64,000 bases of DNA from Alphaproteobacteria bacterium (GTDB taxonomy: Bacteria; Pseudomonadota; Alphaproteobacteria; GCA-2746255): NCBI GenBank assembly GCA_965249135.1, contig OZ252220.1, forward strand, positions 1,152,001 through 1,216,000. The letters are read 5' to 3'. Made by a program: the position numbers and the translations under genes. This document shows positions 46,468 through 59,832 of the stretch, piece by piece. A model generated the notes under the pieces. It searched no databases. It saw nothing but the letters and a program-made list of their open reading frames with translations, and was not told where the DNA came from. Within the stretch, counting starts at the first letter, position 1. Each line of letters opens with the position of its first letter.

Positions 46468-48246
46468 TCAACCCTCTCCATGCTCCTCGGCGCGAGCGTG
46501 CAGCAGGGCCTGATTGTAGGCGCGGATCGCATCTTGCTCATAGAGGACGCCGATCAGACGCATCGTGTCGGTGTCATCGACGACCGGCAGGCTGTGTTCG
46601 TCCGAGCCCTCGAGGAGCTTGATCCCCTTCTCCAGATCGTCGCCCGCCTCCAGCACCATCGGATGGCGGTGCAGCAGATCGACGGCGTTCAAAAGCGCGT
46701 CGATCGAGGGGTCGAAGGCGCTTTCGCCGAGGTCGTTCAGCGCGATGGCGCCGAGGAAGCGGCCCGAGGAGCCGACGACGTAAACCTCGCCGCCCATGGT
46801 TTCCTTCAGCTTCTCGCGGATCTCGGCGACAGGGGCGACGGCACCGACGAAAGGATAGTCCGTTTGCATTACCTGGCGGATCGGAATGCCCCGAAGCAGG
46901 CCCTCGAGGCGGCCCACGTCCAGCTTCAGGCCTTCCCTCTCGAGCTGGCGCAAGAAGAAGGATTTGACCCCGGCCTCCCGCGTGATCACGGTGGCGATGA
47001 CCGTCGCCACCATCACGGCCATCGTAATCTCGTAGCTTCCCGTCAACTCGAAGACGATGAGGATCGTCGAAATGGGCGCGCCCAACACGGCCGCTGCCAC
47101 CGCGCTCATGCCAACAATCGTATAGGCGCCGTGGGTCGAGCCATATTCCGGAAAGACGCTGGCGGCGATGATGCCGAAGGCACCGCCAAGCATGGCGCCC
47201 AGGAAAAGGGACGGGCTGAACACGCCGCCGCCAAAGCCGCTGCCCAAGCAGAGCACCGTCGCCGCCGTCTTCGCGACGAGAAGGGCGATGAGAAGGGTCA
47301 AGCCCAGCGACTCGTTGAGCGCCGCGTTCGTCGCCCCGTAACCGACGCCAAGCACTTGCGGAAAGATGAGCGCGATGGCGCCGAGCGCAAGGCCGCCGAG
47401 CACCGGCCGCGCCCAGGCGGGCAAAGGGATCCGTTTCCACGTCCCATCGACGAGGAAGATCCCATGGATGAAGAGCAGGGCCACCAGCGCGCTGAGTGCG
47501 CCGAGAATCGCGAAGGCCGGAAATTCGAGGAAGGAAACGATCATGTAGTCCGGCACGACGAAGGCCGGGAAATCGCCGAAATGGATGCGGGAGATGATCG
47601 TGCCGGTGACGGACGCAATGACGATGGGCGCAAAGGCCCGAAGCGCGTAGTGGCCGAGGATGACCTCGAGCGCGAAGAAGACGCCGGCGATCGGCGCGTT
47701 GAACGAGGCGGCAACCGCCGAGGCCACCCCGCAAGCCAACAGCGTGAGCAGCAGCGACCGGCTCAAATGCAGGCGCTCCACCGTGTAGGCGGCAAGGGTA
47801 GCACCCAGATGGACGACCGGCCCTTCCCGTCCGACGGACCCGCCGACGCCGATCGAGGCGGCCGACGTAAACGCCGCCCCCAGGCCGGCCAGGAACGGCA
47901 TGCGCCCGCCGTGATAGGCGGTCGCCTCGATGACCTGGGCGACGCCCAAGGGCTTTCTCCCCGGCAGGACGTAGCGGACGAAGAGCCCGATGGCCAAACC
48001 GCCCAGCGTCGGCACCAGGAGCACCTGCCACCAGTGAAGGCCGGCGGCGGCGGCACTTAAGCTGTCCGGTCCGGCCCCGAAGAAGACACGATGAAAGAAG
48101 TGGATGAGTTCCCGAAAGCCGATGGCACCGACCGCCGTCACCGCCCCGATGACGACGGCAAGGATGGAAAGCACGACTTGATCGTTGCGGGTAAGCCGAC
48201 TGAGCCTTACGAGGGAGGTGCGGAAGCTGTCCTGGAGCCCGGCCAT
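46468..48246 (-). CDS. CLC chloride channel/antiporter with CBS domains
   Basis: GREGP, FNAPIAG, GGVFSP, ELTG and C-terminal CBS pair. Confidence 0.93.
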   Translation of the reverse strand: MAGLQDSFRTSLVRLSRLTRNDQVVLSILAVVIGAVTAVGAIGFRELIHFFHRVFFGAGPDSLSAAAAGLHWWQVLLVPTLGGLAIGLFVRYVLPGRKPLGVAQVIEATAYHGGRMPFLAGLGAAFTSAASIGVGGSVGREGPVVHLGATLAAYTVERLHLSRSLLLTLLACGVASAVAASFNAPIAGVFFALEVILGHYALRAFAPIVIASVTGTIISRIHFGDFPAFVVPDYMIVSFLEFPAFAILGALSALVALLFIHGIFLVDGTWKRIPLPAWARPVLGGLALGAIALIFPQVLGVGYGATNAALNESLGLTLLIALLVAKTAATVLCLGSGFGGGVFSPSLFLGAMLGGAFGIIAASVFPEYGSTHGAYTIVGMSAVAAAVLGAPISTILIVFELTGSYEITMAVMVATVIATVITREAGVKSFFLRQLEREGLKLDVGRLEGLLRGIPIRQVMQTDYPFVGAVAPVAEIREKLKETMGGEVYVVGSSGRFLGAIALNDLGESAFDPSIDALLNAVDLLHRHPMVLEAGDDLEKGIKLLEGSDEHSLPVVDDTDTMRLIGVLYEQDAIRAYNQALLHARAEEHGEG

Positions 48247-48255
48247 TCTCAACGC

Positions 48256-48765
48256 CTATCCGGACGTGCGCGCATGCTTGCCTTTCAGCGCAATGTGCCG
48301 GCCCGCCTGTTCCGGAATGGGCAGCGTCGAATGGGCCTTCCGGATGTCTTCCAATCGCGCGAGCACGTCATCCGGGAACGGCATCGCGGCACGTTCCGCC
48401 ATGTCGACATGGATGGCCATCAGTTCCTGGGTCGCCGATAGATAATTTTTCTTGGATTGGTGGAGTTCGAAGAAAAGGTGGATGCGTTTCGGATCAAAGC
48501 CGAGCAGCCGGGTCGTGACGTGCAGGGGATCGCCGACACGAAGTTCGCGCTTGTAGACGACGTGGGATTCGACCGCGAAGACGGAACGGCCATGGGCCTT
48601 CACGTATTTCGGCCCGACGCCGATGAAGGCCCACCAGAGCTCCGTCGCATCGTCGAAGGCCCGCGTGTAGTAGGTGACGTTCATGTGGCCGTTGAAGTCG
48701 AGCCAGTTTTCCTCGACTTGGCTGCGAAACTCGCAAAACGGCGTCGGGGTGACGGCGGCGTCCAT
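48256..48765 (-). CDS. Hot-dog fold acyl-CoA thioesterase (4HBT family)
   Basis: WLDFNGHMNVTYY motif. Confidence 0.85.
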   Translation of the reverse strand: MDAAVTPTPFCEFRSQVEENWLDFNGHMNVTYYTRAFDDATELWWAFIGVGPKYVKAHGRSVFAVESHVVYKRELRVGDPLHVTTRLLGFDPKRIHLFFELHQSKKNYLSATQELMAIHVDMAERAAMPFPDDVLARLEDIRKAHSTLPIPEQAGRHIALKGKHARTSG

Positions 48766-48911
48766 GGGCTCTCCTTTTCGCGTGCCCGCCGACTATAGCG
48801 AATATTGGAACACGTTGAAAACGTAGATGATATAACCGTGGTCCAAGCTATTAGCACGTGCAGAGCGCTGAACTCGCCATAAAATGAGTTTTCGGGTCTG
48901 GAGAAGGAACG

Positions 48912-49616
48912 ATGGATGTTAAGGCAGATGCTTTGACCGTGGCTTCTCAAACACTCCTTCAGAAACTTTGGCAGTGGGTTTTAGAAATTCCAGGAGAGAC
49001 TATCGCAATTGTAATTGCGGCTCTCGCTTTATGGGTGAGTGTGCAGTCCGTACGAATGGCCCGTAAGTCTTCAGAAACGAATATTTTACTGCCGTTTCAA
49101 CAACAATATGGAAGCTCCGAATTCGAAAGTGCAATGCGCCTTCTTGACCGCTTTGAGCGCGAACCGAATCAATCATTAAATCCCGATCCACTCCCCTCGC
49201 TACAAAGAATGGCCGCTCATCGTGAAAATCCAGAAGGGGAAGAATTCGCGGCGGCTGAAAAATATATGAGATGGGTCCGAGTAAATGGCCAAGTAGCAGT
49301 CCCAGTACATGATGCCCGCCGCTTAATTAACAACTTCTATCGACGCGCCTACCAATTGTATGAAGCGGGATATTTGGGAGAGAAGGCTTATGCAATAATT
49401 GCCGACATGGAAAGGATACGATTGCTTTTTCGGGTCTGTGAGCCTCTTACACTCGCTACACAGTTCGTGAGAATTGACAATTCAGACGAAAATGCATTTC
49501 GGCAAGAAAGTGGGAGGGCGTTCGAATGGTATGATGAGTTCTGGTGCTTTTGTCTTCGCTATCGAAACCGCCCTATGCCTACCGACTTGCCACGGGCAAA
49601 TCGTCTTTGTCAGTGA
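48912..49616 (+). CDS. Hypothetical single-TM protein (possibly DUF4760-like)
   Basis: GGAGAAGG RBS, N-terminal TM, RLINNFY...YEAGYL helix pattern. Confidence 0.6.
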   Translation: MDVKADALTVASQTLLQKLWQWVLEIPGETIAIVIAALALWVSVQSVRMARKSSETNILLPFQQQYGSSEFESAMRLLDRFEREPNQSLNPDPLPSLQRMAAHRENPEGEEFAAAEKYMRWVRVNGQVAVPVHDARRLINNFYRRAYQLYEAGYLGEKAYAIIADMERIRLLFRVCEPLTLATQFVRIDNSDENAFRQESGRAFEWYDEFWCFCLRYRNRPMPTDLPRANRLCQ

Positions 49617-49680
49617 AGGATCGGGTTGCCATTCCTGCAAGAGAAAATCAGAAGTGCTCACAGGTGATTTGGTCTGACCT

Positions 49681-50229
49681 ATGAAACGCTTTTTTGATTG
49701 GGTACTAACATCTCAACTGCTCAGCGCCCTAATAGGTGCCGCGGTTGGTGCCATAACGGCATTTTTAGGTACATATTACTTGGAGATTAAAGATCGGGAC
49801 TAGACTAGGGTCAGTTTGGCAGCGGCCTTTGTGGGAGAAATTTCGGCGATCATAGAATTTCAGAACACGGAATACCTCAAAAGTCTTCTAAGCGATTTAG
49901 ATAAGAAGGCCTGGAAACCAATCGACGAACCCCCTGAACGACTTTTCAATGTATACGAAGCCGCTGCTCCTAACTTGGGACTTTTGGAAGCAAAAATTGT
50001 GGAGAAGATTACCAAGTTTTACTGGTTAAAAAACGAGGAGAGAGGAAAGGAGCGAACTCTGGGAAAGCATCCCCAAGGCTACATGGAATTTGAGTCTCCG
50101 GATAAGAAAATCTTCCTCAAAGCATACATAAAATTGAATGAACGACTGCAACGAGACGGACAGGAAATCATCAACATATTGCGTTCTCGATATGACCTAG
50201 AAAACGAACAAGCCGGAGATGGCCAATAA
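49681..50229 (+). pseudogene. Single-TM hypothetical protein interrupted by one in-frame TAG (49801)
   Basis: MKRFFDWVLTSQLLSALIGAAVGAITAFLGTYYLEIKDRD*TRVSLAAAFVGEISAII in one continuous frame. Confidence 0.65.
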
Positions 50230-50234
50230 GTAGC

Positions 50235-50687
50235 TCATGTATTGTTTAAGTCCTCGTCATGCGTTCTAGCATATCGTTTCTTCGCGGCTCGAGTATCTAG
50301 ATAACCAACAAGACCAAACAACGCGAACACCGCAGCAAATATAAGCGGTACTACGGCGAGCGAGATAGGCACGGTAAATGCAAGATAGATGGAGCTACCA
50401 ATCAGTAATGCAACGAACCCCTAGTACATTCGACCGCGCCATTGTTGATACGCAACCCTAACTGGTTGGGAAATCTATTCCAGAAATCTATCGAGTGGTC
50501 GGAAAACCCATCCCAGAAGCCAGACGAGTCCTTCTCCGACCTTGCCTAAGGCTTGGCCAAGCCCTACCGGCGCCCACAAAACAAGCCACAAACCGAATAG
50601 GGCAGCTAAAAACCAAAGTACTGGGACTAAGAATCCAAACCCCGTCAGTAAAACGAACAAAATGATGACAAGCAGAAGGTTTGTCAT
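50235..50687 (-). pseudogene. Multi-TM hypothetical protein interrupted by two in-frame TAGs (50475, 50421)
   Basis: Frame continues ...DRFLE*ISQPVRVAYQQWRGRMY*GFVALLIGSSIYLAFTVPISLAVVPLIFAAVFALFGLVGYLD... to a TGA at 50235. Confidence 0.6.
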
Positions 50688-50861
50688 TTCTCGGTCGCCA
50701 CAAATACCTATGCTCTATTCGACCCGAATCACGGTCAGTACCCGTGAAGTGGAACCCTCAATCCATTGCATTCAATGAGAGGGACAGTTCCTTACGAAGA
50801 GTTTCTTATCTTTCTAACCCAAGTCAATATTCTCGCACTCTCTTTCGACTATAGCGAATAA

Positions 50862-54553
<3,692 letters not shown>

Positions 54554-54557
<4 letters not shown>

Positions 54558-55486
54558 TCGCCCTTTCCTTCTTCCGGCGCTTCCGACGTCGGGCGCGCGC
54601 CAAGGACGTGGCTGATCGCGTAAGTGAGATCCGCCCGGTTGAGCGTATAGAAATGAAATTCATCGATGCCCCGGGCCTGCAGGAGCCGACACTGTTCGGC
54701 GGCGACCGCCGCGCCGACGAGTTTCCGCGTCTCCGGGTCGTCACCGAGTCCCTCGAAGAGGTCGTAGAGCCAGGCCGGAACCGTCGTGCCGCACATCGCA
54801 CTGAAGCGCACGATCTGGGCGAAGTTCGAGACCGGCATGATGCCGGGCACGACCGGCACGGTGATCCCGGCGGCGCGCACGCGGTCCAGAAAACGGAAAT
54901 AGACGTCGACGTCGAAGAAGTACTGGGTGATCGCACGCGCCGCGCCCGCATCCACTTTACGTTTCAGATTCTCGAGATCAGCGTCAGCATTGGGCGCTTC
55001 CGGGTGGGTCTCCGGATAGGCGGCGACGGAAATTTCGAAATCGGCGACCCGTTTCAAGCCTTCGACGAGGTCGACCGCGTAAGGGTAGCCGCCCGGGTGC
55101 GGGGCGTAGCGCTCGACTTCTTCCGGCGGATCGCCGCGCAGCGCCACGACATGCCGGATCCCGGATTCCCAATAGCTGCGGGCAACGTGATCGACCTCGT
55201 CGCGGGTGGCGGCGATGCAGGTGAGGTGGGCGGCGGGTTCCAGGTCCGTCTCGTGGCGGATGCGGGTCACCGTCTGGTGGGTGCGCTCGCGGGTGCTACC
55301 GCCAGCCCCGTAGGTCACCGAGACGAAGCGCGGATGAAGCGGCGCCAGGCGCAGGACGGCGGCCCAGAGCTTGGCCGCCATTTCTTCCGTCTTCGGCGGG
55401 AAGAACTCGAAGGAAAGCTTCGGCGCCGGCGCATTGGTGAGCGCGAATGGGAGCGGCGGCGTTTGCATGACCGACGGTCGCGTCAT
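54554..55486 (-). CDS. metF: 5,10-methylenetetrahydrofolate reductase
   Basis: [21 protein letters not shown] and HFYTLNR. Confidence 0.96.
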
Positions 55487-56460
55487 GCCGCCCTCCCCTC
55501 ACTTGCGCCTGCCCCGGCGCGCGAGGCGGCGCGCCAAAGGGCTACCGTGAGCGGCTTGCCCGGCAGGGTTTTCTGAAGGCCGGGCTTGAGCCCCGCGGCC
55601 TTGAGCCAGGCCTGGATCTCGTCGTTCCGAAAGCCCAGGCGGCGATGGGCGTGCACTTTTCGCAACGCTTCGTGATCATGGGGCGCGAAATCGACGATGA
55701 CGAGCCGGCCCTCGGGTCTCAGCACGCGGGCCGCCTCACGGATCGCGTCCGCCGGGCGGTCCGCATAATGGAGGACCTGGTGAATCGTCACCAGATCGAA
55801 GGCGCGATCCGGCAGGGGAAGCTGGTACATGTCCGCCTGACGCACCTGGCAATGGTCGAGATGCGTCTTTTCGAGCCGCGCCCGGGCGATCGCCAGCATC
55901 TCGCGCGAGAGGTCGATGCCAAGCGCGCGTTCGAAGTGCGGTGCAAAGACCTCGAGGATGCGGCCGGTGCCGGTGCCGATGTCGAGCAGGTTTCGCCGAC
56001 GCGTCTTCGCAAGCCCCTTGAGGCCAAGCATCAGCATCGCTTCCTCGACTTGCGTCTCCGCCACATGGAGGGAGCGGAGCGTTTCCCACTCGGCGGCGTT
56101 CTGCCGGAAGTAATTGGCCGCCGCCTTCGCGCGGCCGTGTTTCACATGGGCGAAGCGGTCGCGGTCACGGCGAAGCTCGGCATCGGCGTTGAGAAGGGAG
56201 ACCAGGTGCCGCGCAAGTTCCGCCCCCTCGCCATCGGAGGCCAGCCGGTAGAAGGTCCAGCTTCCTTCTGGTGAGCGCTCGAGCAGGCCGGCATCGGTCA
56301 AAAGTTTCAGGTGGCGCGAGACCCGGGGCTGGCTTTGGCCGAGGATCTGGGTGAGCTCGCTGACCGTAAGCTCGCCGGCCGCACAAAGGGCGAGCAGACG
56401 AAGCCGGGTCGGTTCCGCCGCCGAGCGCAGCCCCGCCAGCAATTGCGCACGCTTTACCAT
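55483..56460 (-). CDS. sahR: ArsR-HTH plus SAM-methyltransferase-fold regulator (SahR type)
   Basis: QSQPRVSRHLKLL HTH plus DIGTGTG; heads the metF-metH operon. Confidence 0.85.
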   Translation of the reverse strand: MVKRAQLLAGLRSAAEPTRLRLLALCAAGELTVSELTQILGQSQPRVSRHLKLLTDAGLLERSPEGSWTFYRLASDGEGAELARHLVSLLNADAELRRDRDRFAHVKHGRAKAAANYFRQNAAEWETLRSLHVAETQVEEAMLMLGLKGLAKTRRRNLLDIGTGTGRILEVFAPHFERALGIDLSREMLAIARARLEKTHLDHCQVRQADMYQLPLPDRAFDLVTIHQVLHYADRPADAIREAARVLRPEGRLVIVDFAPHDHEALRKVHAHRRLGFRNDEIQAWLKAAGLKPGLQKTLPGKPLTVALWRAASRAGAGASEGRAA

Positions 56461-56511
56461 CTCGCCCCCTTAAAGGCGTTTCGTCGGGCTGGAATCAGCC
56501 ATTGGCCATAT

Positions 56512-56531
56512 ATATAAATATATCTTTATGT
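56512..56531. promoter_or_regulatory. Probable SahR operator
   Basis: Imperfect 20-bp palindrome ATATAAATATATCTTTATGT about 50 bp upstream of sahR. Confidence 0.65.
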
Positions 56532-56754
56532 CTTTATCAAGTAGAACTTGCCAGGCGCCTGAGAGGCGCGCAGCGCTTTAAGCAAACGGCAAGTTTTAGG
56601 GGATAGATGTAGGGAAGCCGTGGTTTTGAAGGCAGTTGATTTCTCTGCGGTGCTGCGTAATCTATACGGTCCGACCGAGGCGGTCGGGCCTTGCGAGCCG
56701 GGAGGCATTGAGGGAGTCCCACTACCAGGAGGAAGCGCGAAGGTCGCGCCAGGA

Positions 56755-57402
56755 ATGATGCCGTTGAGTCGTCTTTTTCGTTCTTGTCTGTTTTTGTTTT
56801 TGGTCATCGTTCTCGCGCTTGCGGGAAGGCCGGTGGCGGCCGTCGATGCCGAAAAGGCATCGAGTTTCGTCGATGGTCTTGGAGCGACGGCCATCAACAC
56901 CCTGACCGAACCGGAGCTCGAAGATTCAGTCCGCCAGGCACGGTTCCGCAAACTCTTCCGTGAAAACTTCGACCTGCCGACCATCACCCGCTTCGTGCTT
57001 GGGCGTTACTGGCCCCAGGCGACGGAGGCACAACGGCAGGAATTCCAAGCCCTCTTGGAGGACTACATCGTGCTGGCCAACGCCAACCGCTTCAAGGGCT
57101 ACGAAGGCGAAATCTTCGAGGTAAACGAGGTGCGACTGCATGGCGATAAAGACGCGATCGTCTACACCCGGATTGTTCGAGACTCAGCGGCGCCCGTGCG
57201 CGTCGACTGGCGGGTGCACCGGCCAAATGATGGCTTCAAGGTCATCGACGTCGCCGTCGAAGGCTTGAGCATGGTGCTGACCCACCGAAACGAGTTTTCC
57301 ACCGTCATCCAGCGCTCGGCGAACGGCATCGACGGGCTGCTCGAGACGCTGCGTCAGAAGACGGAAGGGATGAACCGGGAGAACCTGGCCGCGTCGGGTT
57401 AA
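56755..57402 (+). CDS. mlaC: MlaC/Ttg2D phospholipid-binding periplasmic protein
   Basis: Signal peptide, FDLPTITRFVLGRYW, VDWRV and DVAVEGLSMV...RNEF. Confidence 0.85.
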   Translation: MMPLSRLFRSCLFLFLVIVLALAGRPVAAVDAEKASSFVDGLGATAINTLTEPELEDSVRQARFRKLFRENFDLPTITRFVLGRYWPQATEAQRQEFQALLEDYIVLANANRFKGYEGEIFEVNEVRLHGDKDAIVYTRIVRDSAAPVRVDWRVHRPNDGFKVIDVAVEGLSMVLTHRNEFSTVIQRSANGIDGLLETLRQKTEGMNRENLAASG

Positions 57403-57623
57403 GAGGGGCGGCCTGGCCGCGCTGGATCCTTAAGCCCGCCGAAGATCCCCCCAAAGGATTAACCCGCCTGCACACGCAGGCACTGAATTTCCGCCGAACC
57501 TCCTAGAACATAAAGATTAACGCCTTCCGGTTACGGTCAGAAATTTACGAATCTCTAATCATGTTCTCGTAGAAATTCGTCCATCTCCCGCCGCCATTGG
57601 CCACGCCGGCCAAGGATGGTTTC

Positions 57624-59739
57624 GTGAAGCCCACGCACGCACAACTTTTGACATCCGTCCTGGCGCCCGTTTACCGCGGCCTGCCACTGATGGCGCTCAT
57701 GAACGCCGTCGTCGCGGCGCTCGTCGTGGGCTTTCTATACACCGAGATCGTACCGGCGACGCTGGCCACTTGGCTTGGCGGCATCCTCCTCGTTTCGGCG
57801 GCGCGTCTCATGCTTTGGCAACGGCAGCGGCGGACGCCGATGACGCCGTCGAACGCGCGGCTATGGGCCAACCTTCTCGTGCTCAGCGCCGGCGCCTCGG
57901 GCATCGTGTGGGGGGCCGCCGGCGTCGTCTTTTTCCTCCCGGACAGTCCCTTCCTTCAAGTCTTCATCATTCTCGTTCTCGGCGGCATGGCGGCCGGTGC
58001 GGCTGGCCACCTCCAGCCAGTACGCGCCGACTTTCTATGCCTTTGTGCTGACCGCCGCTTTGCCGTTGGAGTTTCGTGTCGCCATGGTCGGCGATCCGTT
58101 CTACCTGACGATGGGGGTGTTGATCGGGCTCTACCTCGCCGTCATGCTGGTCTTGAGCCATCGCATCGGAAAATCCTTCGCCGACGTCATTGCGCTTGAA
58201 CTGGGGCGCGACGCAGCCGCGATTCAATTTCAGGATTTCGCCGAGGTGAGTTCCGACTGGTTCTGGGAGATGGATGTCGAGCTTCGGCTTTCCTATATCT
58301 CCCGGCAGATGACAAAAACGGGTGGCCTCAACCCTGCCGTTCTACTCGGCAAGCAACCGAATGAAATTCTGCAATACCGGTCCGATCCGAAAGACTGGAA
58401 ACAACTGCAGGATGACCTTGCCCATCGGCGCCCTTTCCGAAACTTCGTCTGCCATTATCCGACACCGACGGGCGGGAACCACTATTTCCAGATGAGTGGC
58501 AAGCCGTTGTTCGAAGACGGCGATCGCTTCATCGGCTATCGCGGCGTGGCCACGGACATCACCGCGGAGCGGCTGGCGGAGGATGCGGCTCGCGAAGAGC
58601 AGGAACGGCTGCAGGAGACGATCGACAACGTCTTTGACGGCATCGTCACCATTGACGAGGACGGTCGCATCCAGTCCGTCAACTCGGCCGTCACCCAGAT
58701 GTTTGGCTACACGGAAGAAGAATGCATCGGCTTGCCCTTCTTCGAGGCCTTCGTTCCGATGAGCTGCGAAACCAGCGGTCCCTCCGGAGGTGGTCTCACC
58801 GCCAGCCTGCAAAATCTGAACGCGGCCAGCTCGATCCGCGAGAACGTCGCACTTCGCAAGGATGGTTCGATCTTTTATGTCGACCTCGTCATGAGCCGAA
58901 TGATGTATAGCGGAGAAGAGGTGCGAATCGCGGTCGTGCGCGACATCACCCAGCAGAAGGAGCTTCATGTCCAACTGCTCCAGGCATCGAAGCTCGGCAT
59001 CCTCGGTGAAATGGCGGCAGGCGTCACCCACGAACTGAGCCAGCCGCTGAACGTCATCCGGATGGCGGCGGAAAATGTCCTGTTGCGCCTAGAGGTCGGG
59101 AACGTGGACCCAGAATTCGCCTACGGCAAATTCCGGGTGATCGCCGAGCAGTCCGAAAGAATGGGGGAAACGATCAACCACCTGCGCGTGTTCAGCCGAG
59201 AGGACAGCGATCGGACGGAACGCTTCTATGTGAGCTGGATTGTCGAACGGGCCGTGCAGCTTATCGAAAACCCATTCGCCTTGGAAAATATCCGGATCGC
59301 GACTGAAATTCCCAACAAGCCCGTATCGGTGAAGGGAAGCGTGAGCCGGCTCGAGCAGGTGCTGCTTAGCCTGCTCTACAACGCGAGGGATTCGATTCTG
59401 GAACGGTGGCGCGAGGAGCAAGGCGTGCCGCAAAAGGGCGAAATCACGATTCGGGTGCGCACCAGCCAGGACAAACAAACGGTACGGATCGTGATCCAAG
59501 ACGATGGCCTCGGCATTCTCCCTGAGAATCTGGACCGGGTCTTCGACCCTTCCTTCACGACGAAGGAAGGCGGCAAGGTTTCGGGCCTTGGGTTGTTCAT
59601 CGTCCATGGCATCGTGACGGCCATGAGCGGCGAAATCACCGTCGCGAACGGGCCGATCGGCACGCGATTCGAGATCACACTCCCGCGCGCCATCGGCGCG
59701 GACGCCCAGCCCATGGGCGCCCGGCTCTTGGGCGGCTAA
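57624..59739 (+). pseudogene. Multi-TM, two-PAS, NtrB-type histidine kinase with a +1 frameshift at about 58002
   Basis: The TM domain switches frame at GGT GCG G CTG GCC. SDWFWE PAS, second PAS, H-box THELSQPL, HATPase. Confidence 0.8.
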
Positions 59740-59832
59740 GCTTCGCTTTCATCCCGTCCGTTTTGGGGTAAACTCAAGGTCGGTTCGCCTTGAGAATGCA
59801 GTAAGCCTTGCCGAGCCATCACGCGCGAAGTC

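Larger units (their letters stand above)
48790..50860. mobile_element. Low-GC foreign insert flanked by a perfect 15-bp direct repeat
   Basis: CGACTATAGCGAATA at 48790-48804 and 50846-50860; sharp AT enrichment between them. Confidence 0.8.

Noticed and set aside
56620-56755. Hairpin GGTCCGACCG-AGG-CGGTCGGGCC upstream of mlaC as a riboswitch
   Set aside because: A single GC stem with no recognisable aptamer consensus.
57425-57565. TTAAC half-sites upstream of the first PAS kinase
   Set aside because: No correctly spaced full CtrA site; too degenerate to call.
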